Source: Promethearchaeota archaeon (GTDB taxonomy: Archaea > Asgardarchaeota > Lokiarchaeia > Sigyniarchaeales > SOKP01). Taken from it: a stretch of DNA of 64,000 bases. Both the position numbers and the translations under genes were made by a program. The stretch is taken from assembly GCA_048940645.1 (NCBI GenBank), contig JBHLOI010000005.1, positions 1-64,000 on the forward strand. The letters are read 5' to 3'. Shown in pieces: positions 58,184 through 64,000 of the stretch. How positions within the stretch are numbered: position 1 is the first letter of the stretch; each line of letters opens with the position of its first letter. A model generated the notes under the pieces. That model was given only the letters and a program-made list of their open reading frames with translations. It ran no database searches and was not told where the DNA came from.

Positions 58184-61100
58184 CTGAGAAAAAAGCTAAA
58201 TAGCGTTATTTTATTAATATTAATTATAGTTTCAAATTTAGGATTTTTAGTTTTATATCATAATCTATATTCTGCATCTAATTCTTTCGATAATAGAGAA
58301 AAAAAATATGAAGTTCAAATTTCGGATATAAGTAATGAACATGTTATTGTTTTTTTCAACCAATCCTCCTACAATCCAAATGTGAAATTAAGGTTTGAGT
58401 ATTATGGAGGAATAGTGAAACTTGAAAATGATTGGAATAATATATTTAGTTCAATATCTGGTTTTTCTGGTATCATACCTATCGAGAACATTACTCTATT
58501 TAAAAATGAATTTCCTGATATAAATATTGAAATCGATGAAATAATTGAGACTCAAATGAATTATGCTAGTTTTCAAACGGGAGCAAAAAATTCAACGTGG
58601 TACCTTAATGGTTATACTGGAAACACAGATTCCTCAATTGCTGTTTTAGATAGCGGCCTAAATTTGAATCATGTTTTTTTAAAAGATAAAGTTTCCGGTT
58701 GGCAGAGTTTTATTGAGGATAAATCAATTTTAGATGATTTTGGCCATGGGACATTAATATCATCCATTATTGCTGGTACGGGTTCTGATTTGTATAATTC
58801 AGGTACTCCTTCCATAGTAAATCTCTATGGCAAATATTCCCATATAGATTTATTTGGATCTGATCCAAGTCCAAATAATTTTACAATAAAGGCTTTCTCC
58901 TTTAATACATCTAAAATTAATTCAAAAATTATCTTAAATTCATCATGGAATTTATTAAAAGATGGGATTGACGGATTTTGGTTTGAATTATACTGTGATA
59001 ATATTTTAGTAAATTCGTCTAGCAATGTTATTCCTACTCAAAGAAATTTAATAATTCATCAAGTTTCTGAAAGTGGTTTAGGTGTCTATGATCTTTATAT
59101 TAAATACCATAAAACTAATAAATTTCCAATATTCTCTTTTAATTCGAGTACCTCATTTTTTCCAGAATTTTATGTAATAAATAATAATCACTATACAGGT
59201 ATTGCTAATAGTTCCCAAATTTTAGCGTATAAAATAGTTAATGAAACGGGTAAAGGTTATGTTTCTGATTTGATTTCTGCATTAGGAAGCATAATTCAAA
59301 ATAGAAGTAAATACCATATAGTGAGTACGTGTTTAAGTATTGGGACTTATGGAGATAATTTTGGGGCTATTAATAAAGTAATAGATGATGTTATTGATAA
59401 CGGGATTATGGTAATTATTGCTGCAGGAAATAGAGGTGTATTGGGTACACAATCCACCGTGAATAAGTTAGCTATAGCTAATGATGCTATAGTTGTAGGA
59501 GCTACCAATGATAATGACCAAATTACTTCCTATAGTGGAATAGGGCACCAGTTAGATATTGTTGCTCCTGGTGGTAGTAAATTAAGAAACCATAGGACGG
59601 TAATTAGCGCAGATTTTAAATCTAATTCAACAACCTCTGCATTTGGGACTTCTATATCTACAGCTATAGTTTCTGCTGCTACGAATGTTTTAATTGAAGC
59701 AATATGGGGCGATTGGACAGAATGGGAGGATCATGATCCTCAAGAAAGAGTAGGAATTATCAAATCAATTTTATTAATGACAGCTTCTGAAACCAATCTC
59801 CAAAGAGAGAATGATCCTCTAACTAGTGTTGACGAAAGGCAGTATTCACCTGCAAGTTTTTCAGGATCGTTAAATAGTATAAAAGATGAACATGAAGGGT
59901 ATGGTAGAATTAATCTTCAAGTAGCAATTGATGCTTTAACGAAATATTTAGACGTAAATACTTCAATTAGCGATTATTTATATAGTTCAGAAGAAAATCC
60001 CCTCGCTAAACATGCTTTCGCAAGAAGAGTAGTTTTAAAGCCAAATAAACAATACCTTTTTAATATTACAAGTAAGGACACAACAGGAGATTTTGATCTA
60101 TTCTTATTTTCAAATGAATCTAAGGGGAATGGAGAGCCAATCATACTCCAAACCTCGGGAAATTGGTTAGATTTGCTCTACTTTACTCCTAAACAGAATC
60201 AAACAGAATGTATAATTGTTGTAAAAACTAATAATGGCTATGGTAATTTTACTTTGAAGATTTCAAACGTTAAAAACAATTATGCGCCTCAATTAGAAAT
60301 TCCTGAAATTTCATATTTTGATGATACCAAATCTAAAAATACTACAGTTATGGGATTTCAAGAGTATACAGGGAGTTATCGTCCTAAGAATTATTCGATT
60401 GATAGTTATCGGTTCTATATAAACTATTTTGATAATGACTCAACTAATATCCCACCTCAAGAAGTATATGTATCGATTATCGAACTCTCTATGAATTACT
60501 CATTATCTCAAGATAATGAGTCAGATAATAATTATATGGATGGAGCGTTGTTTATTAGCAACTATCTTAAATTGTCAGTCCCAATGATATACCATTATTT
60601 TTTTATTGCAAGCGATGGTTCGCATATAACAAGATACCCCGAAATCGGTGAAATTTCTATTCTCATAGAATATCCCTACGACTCTGAAAAGTTTCCGAAT
60701 TATCATAGTTTTAACACTGGTCTGGGAAATTGGACTTTTAATGGCACAGGATGGGGACTGTTAAAACAATATAATTCTGTTGATAATCGAGCGAATATTT
60801 ATGAAAATAATTGGACTTCTTTGTATTTTGGAGCATCTCATAATTATCCTATGAATTATTCATATCAACCTTCCTTAATTACAGAATCTTATCCAAATGG
60901 AACATTATTCAGTCCTCTATTTGATTTGACTCAATTAAACGAGAATCTTACGACACCTTTTGCTAAATTTGGATTGAGAACAAGTATTAATTTAGGAGAT
61001 TTAATAATCTTAGAAATCGGCTTAAATTGGACAAATTGGATTACACTAAGGATATTTACTAATGAAGAAAGAGAGTGGTATATTGAAGAATTTAATTTAA

Positions 61101-62905
61101 CCGAATATATTGGAAATTTTATTCAATTCAGATTCATTTCATTTTTGGATGATAATTTTGACCCTCTGAATTATAAGGGGTTAATGCTGGATTCTTTTGA
61201 ACTAAGTAATTATTCAAATTTATATACCCCTCGCATCTTTTTTGATTTGAGCAAGGACATTTCCTCACTTAATGGTTCAAAATTCGAAAAGTTTGGTTTT
61301 TCTTGTGAATATTTTGATAGGGATAACAATTATCCGGATTTTGTATATATCGAAATGGATGGAGCTAATTATTCAATGTATAACGTGTTTGGACATTGGA
61401 ATATTAGCTTAAATATTAAATTTATCAGATCATTATTATTAGGCGAGATAAATAATCATACTTTTAGATTTCATGCATCTGATGGCATATATATTAATTC
61501 TACTGAATGGTTCAATATTAATAACACCCTCTTTAATTTTATTAATCCCATACCTTATCAGTTTAATTTGAATTATAGCAATAAATTAATTGGATACCAA
61601 TTTTCAAGCAAAGTTATGACAGATTATTATGTTGTAGGAACCCCAAATCCTAAAGAAAGTACTGCTTGGTTTAACGGAGATAATACATGGCATCCAATTA
61701 AACGATATCAACAAGATTATATTTATGGAGGTAGAGGAAATAGTTATAAAAGTATATATCAAGGATATGGACCAAATTGGGATACAAAATTAATTACATA
61801 TCCACTATATTTAAGAAGTGAATATAATTGTTATCTAAAATTTGATTATGAAATTGTTCTACAAGAAGACTTAGATAGGTGTATTATCTCCGTATCAATA
61901 GATTATGGAGAAAATTGGATTATATTAAAAGAATATTATTCTGATTTATCAGGGAATGAGTCTATAGATCTCTCAGAATATACAGACGAAATAATTATGG
62001 TTATGTTTACCATAAACTCTGATGATGAGACGACAAGTCTAGGATATGGCTGGCTTTTATCAAACATATATATTGGTTATGATAAAACAACAGATTTTAT
62101 AAATCCAAAAGTTTACATTATTAGCCCATTAAATCAAGAGACTGTAAGTTCAATTTATACCATAAGAGCAAATTTATCGGATAATATTAACTTAGATAGC
62201 TCAAGGATTTATATCTATATAGATGGAGTACTTGTAGAAAGAAATTTATATAGTTTTGACAAGGACACAGGAATTTTAGAATATAAATGGGATACAACTT
62301 ATTATTCTGATGGAAAACACGAAATAAGTGTAACTGCTTTTGATAAAGAGGGAAATAGAGAAGACGCAACTGTTAATGTAATCGTGCGAAATGGATTTTT
62401 CAACTGGCGCACTTGGGGACCATGGGTAATGGTTTTTCTAGGTTTAATTATTATCGGTTTTATTACTTATAAAGTAGCTAAAAGGAAGATAAAGATTAGG
62501 AAGGAAAGAATTAAGAATTTAAGTATAGAAAAAATTAGATTTAAAGAAATAGAGACAGAGCAAAAAATAAAAAGAATTGAGGCAATTAAATTAGAGGAAG
62601 AAAGGGGCAGACCTTTAACACTTTATTGTAAATATTGTAAATCATGGTTTAAATCAATTAAATTCGATTATATTTGTCCTATTTGTGAACATGATCAGAT
62701 TTATGCTGCGTATAATTGCTTAAATTGTAATAAATGGTATTTTAAAGATGAACCTGCCGAGGATTATTATTGTAAAAATAAAACTTGTAAAAATATAAGA
62801 TTAGTTAGAAGAGAAGAAGAAGAGATAAAAGAAATTCTGGAAAATGATGGGATTATACTTCGGAAATTTGATCGAAAAAAAAGGAAATTCAGTATATTAG
62901 ATTAA
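58184..62905 (+). CDS. Membrane-anchored S8 (subtilisin-like) serine protease with extracellular beta domains and cytoplasmic zinc finger
   Basis: IAVLDSG / GHGT / AAGN / GTSIS triad; Ig-like WDTT..DG.H; TM; four Cys pairs at the C-terminus. The frame is open upstream of the ORF-track start (58382) to a CTG at 58184, preceded by GGAGGTGA and encoding a signal peptide. Confidence 0.85.
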   Translation: MRKKLNSVILLILIIVSNLGFLVLYHNLYSASNSFDNREKKYEVQISDISNEHVIVFFNQSSYNPNVKLRFEYYGGIVKLENDWNNIFSSISGFSGIIPIENITLFKNEFPDINIEIDEIIETQMNYASFQTGAKNSTWYLNGYTGNTDSSIAVLDSGLNLNHVFLKDKVSGWQSFIEDKSILDDFGHGTLISSIIAGTGSDLYNSGTPSIVNLYGKYSHIDLFGSDPSPNNFTIKAFSFNTSKINSKIILNSSWNLLKDGIDGFWFELYCDNILVNSSSNVIPTQRNLIIHQVSESGLGVYDLYIKYHKTNKFPIFSFNSSTSFFPEFYVINNNHYTGIANSSQILAYKIVNETGKGYVSDLISALGSIIQNRSKYHIVSTCLSIGTYGDNFGAINKVIDDVIDNGIMVIIAAGNRGVLGTQSTVNKLAIANDAIVVGATNDNDQITSYSGIGHQLDIVAPGGSKLRNHRTVISADFKSNSTTSAFGTSISTAIVSAATNVLIEAIWGDWTEWEDHDPQERVGIIKSILLMTASETNLQRENDPLTSVDERQYSPASFSGSLNSIKDEHEGYGRINLQVAIDALTKYLDVNTSISDYLYSSEENPLAKHAFARRVVLKPNKQYLFNITSKDTTGDFDLFLFSNESKGNGEPIILQTSGNWLDLLYFTPKQNQTECIIVVKTNNGYGNFTLKISNVKNNYAPQLEIPEISYFDDTKSKNTTVMGFQEYTGSYRPKNYSIDSYRFYINYFDNDSTNIPPQEVYVSIIELSMNYSLSQDNESDNNYMDGALFISNYLKLSVPMIYHYFFIASDGSHITRYPEIGEISILIEYPYDSEKFPNYHSFNTGLGNWTFNGTGWGLLKQYNSVDNRANIYENNWTSLYFGASHNYPMNYSYQPSLITESYPNGTLFSPLFDLTQLNENLTTPFAKFGLRTSINLGDLIILEIGLNWTNWITLRIFTNEEREWYIEEFNLTEYIGNFIQFRFISFLDDNFDPLNYKGLMLDSFELSNYSNLYTPRIFFDLSKDISSLNGSKFEKFGFSCEYFDRDNNYPDFVYIEMDGANYSMYNVFGHWNISLNIKFIRSLLLGEINNHTFRFHASDGIYINSTEWFNINNTLFNFINPIPYQFNLNYSNKLIGYQFSSKVMTDYYVVGTPNPKESTAWFNGDNTWHPIKRYQQDYIYGGRGNSYKSIYQGYGPNWDTKLITYPLYLRSEYNCYLKFDYEIVLQEDLDRCIISVSIDYGENWIILKEYYSDLSGNESIDLSEYTDEIIMVMFTINSDDETTSLGYGWLLSNIYIGYDKTTDFINPKVYIISPLNQETVSSIYTIRANLSDNINLDSSRIYIYIDGVLVERNLYSFDKDTGILEYKWDTTYYSDGKHEISVTAFDKEGNREDATVNVIVRNGFFNWRTWGPWVMVFLGLIIIGFITYKVAKRKIKIRKERIKNLSIEKIRFKEIETEQKIKRIEAIKLEEERGRPLTLYCKYCKSWFKSIKFDYICPICEHDQIYAAYNCLNCNKWYFKDEPAEDYYCKNKTCKNIRLVRREEEEIKEILENDGIILRKFDRKKRKFSILD

Positions 62906-62934
62906 TAAGAATAATTAAAATATGAAGTGATAAA

Positions 62935-64000
62935 GTGGGATTAAAAAGAATCTTATATAAGATTAGAAATAAATTGAATCTTCAATTCATAAAACATACT
63001 TGGCTTAATTTAAAGAGAGATCGGGCAAAAGCAATATTTGCTATATTAGGAATTATGATCTCAATCGTTTTATTAACTGCAATTGGGATGGTAAATGATA
63101 CAATGTCATATAATTATATGCAAATAATAACCAGTAGTACTGGGAATGCTGATATTATGATCTCAAAAAGGATAAAGACAGATATTAGTTTTAATCCTTA
63201 CTTCGATGAAGACATCATAAATAATGATTTACAAGACATTGAAGGGGTTGAAGAATTCTTCCCAAGGATAATGATGCTAGTCCGAGCATCTTCAAATAAG
63301 TCCTCTACAAATTCAACTTTAGAATTGTATGGCTTAGATTTTTTAAAAGAGGCTAGTAATGGTCATATGGGAGATTTATTATTAGTTGATGAAAATGGAC
63401 TTAAAACTGGAAGTCGTTATTTAAACGAACCTGCTAGTGGACAGTGTGTGATCTTATGGAGAGTTGCTGACTTAATGAATTTAACCATAGGTGATTTTAT
63501 CCATCTAGAATATTTAGATGATATTAATTTAGAAGTTGTCGCGATATGTGAACAAGATTTAAAATTCACAGAATTGGAAAATTCATTGATATTAGTTAAT
63601 CTACAACAGGCACAGTCTTTTCTTGTATCAGGAAATAAGGAAATCAACTTCATATATGGTACCTTAGAAAATCCCGAGAGGGTATACGATATACGAAATA
63701 TTGATGAAACTAAGAGAAAATTAAGAGAAATTGGTACACGTATACAATCTAATTTAGATATAAATGAATTTAGTGTTTCACTGCCTAAACTTGAAGAAAT
63801 TGGTGCTGAGGAGTTCATGCTAATTGCTATGACTGTTATTTTTTGGTTCATTACAATTATTGGAATGCTTATTACAGGGATATTAATAAACTCAATATTA
63901 TCAACTTCAACTGAAGAAAGAGTTCGGGAATACGGAATTCTTCGAGTTGTTGGTGGTAAAAAAACTTTTCCTGTTAAAGTGGTCGTGTTTGAAGGTGCTT
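62935..64000 (+). CDS. FtsX/MacB-like ABC permease, partial (runs off the window; absent from the ORF track)
   Basis: GTG start, MGLKRILYKIRNKLNLQFIKHTWLNLKRDRAKAIFAILGIMISIVLL... reading through to STEERVREYGILRVVG; paralogous to 51186-54200. Confidence 0.85.
   Translation, partial: MGLKRILYKIRNKLNLQFIKHTWLNLKRDRAKAIFAILGIMISIVLLTAIGMVNDTMSYNYMQIITSSTGNADIMISKRIKTDISFNPYFDEDIINNDLQDIEGVEEFFPRIMMLVRASSNKSSTNSTLELYGLDFLKEASNGHMGDLLLVDENGLKTGSRYLNEPASGQCVILWRVADLMNLTIGDFIHLEYLDDINLEVVAICEQDLKFTELENSLILVNLQQAQSFLVSGNKEINFIYGTLENPERVYDIRNIDETKRKLREIGTRIQSNLDINEFSVSLPKLEEIGAEEFMLIAMTVIFWFITIIGMLITGILINSILSTSTEERVREYGILRVVGGKKTFPVKVVVFEGA

Noticed and set aside
936-62369. Numerous short ORF-track entries antisense to or overlapping long genes (e.g. 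936-1133, 4119-4499, 9020-9481, 17292-17762, 25003-25425, 39337-39645, 48058-48390)
   Set aside because: They lie within well-supported genes, lack recognisable motifs and read like antisense shadows.
63417-63851. 144-aa minus-strand ORF
   Set aside because: Antisense shadow of the partial FtsX permease that reads open on the plus strand from 62935 to the window end.
1-64000. CRISPR arrays, rRNA/tRNA genes, transposases, integrases
   Set aside because: No regularly spaced repeats, no GC-rich structural RNA blocks and no recombinase/transposase motifs were recognised by eye; tRNAscan-SE, Infernal and a CRISPR finder would be decisive.

Overview
This is an AT-rich, gene-dense archaeal window, most consistent with an Asgard archaeon (Lokiarchaeia-like). 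That assignment is inferred from the eukaryote-like ubiquitin/E2/E1/JAB genes, a longin-GTPase fusion and a TFS-like zinc ribbon. Contents in order: (1) 0.7-10.9 kb, an intact Azoarcus/Ferroglobus-type anaerobic benzoyl-CoA pathway cluster (oah, dch, had, bzdNOPQ, ferredoxin, bzdV-like). (2) 15.8-29.6 kb, a ubiquitin-centred neighbourhood, the best candidate for an undescribed system. It holds a ~7-TM protein with a C4C4 RING-like finger, a stand-alone caspase/gingipain-fold His-Cys protease with a coupled partner, pro-ubiquitin, E2, E1, a JAB protease, a longin plus degenerate GTPase, and two tandem ~1275-aa TPR-nitrilase proteins. (3) 29.7-49.8 kb, metabolic genes including five tandem alpha/beta hydrolases (one lacking the nucleophile), a GH35, a truncated TFS paralogue and RNase III. 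(4) 50-64 kb, a MacB/FtsX-type ABC operon enclosing a large surface protein and a membrane-anchored subtilase with a cytoplasmic zinc finger and a probable CTG start. I recognised no rRNA, tRNA, CRISPR array or mobile element. All calls come from motif recognition by eye; no searches were run.
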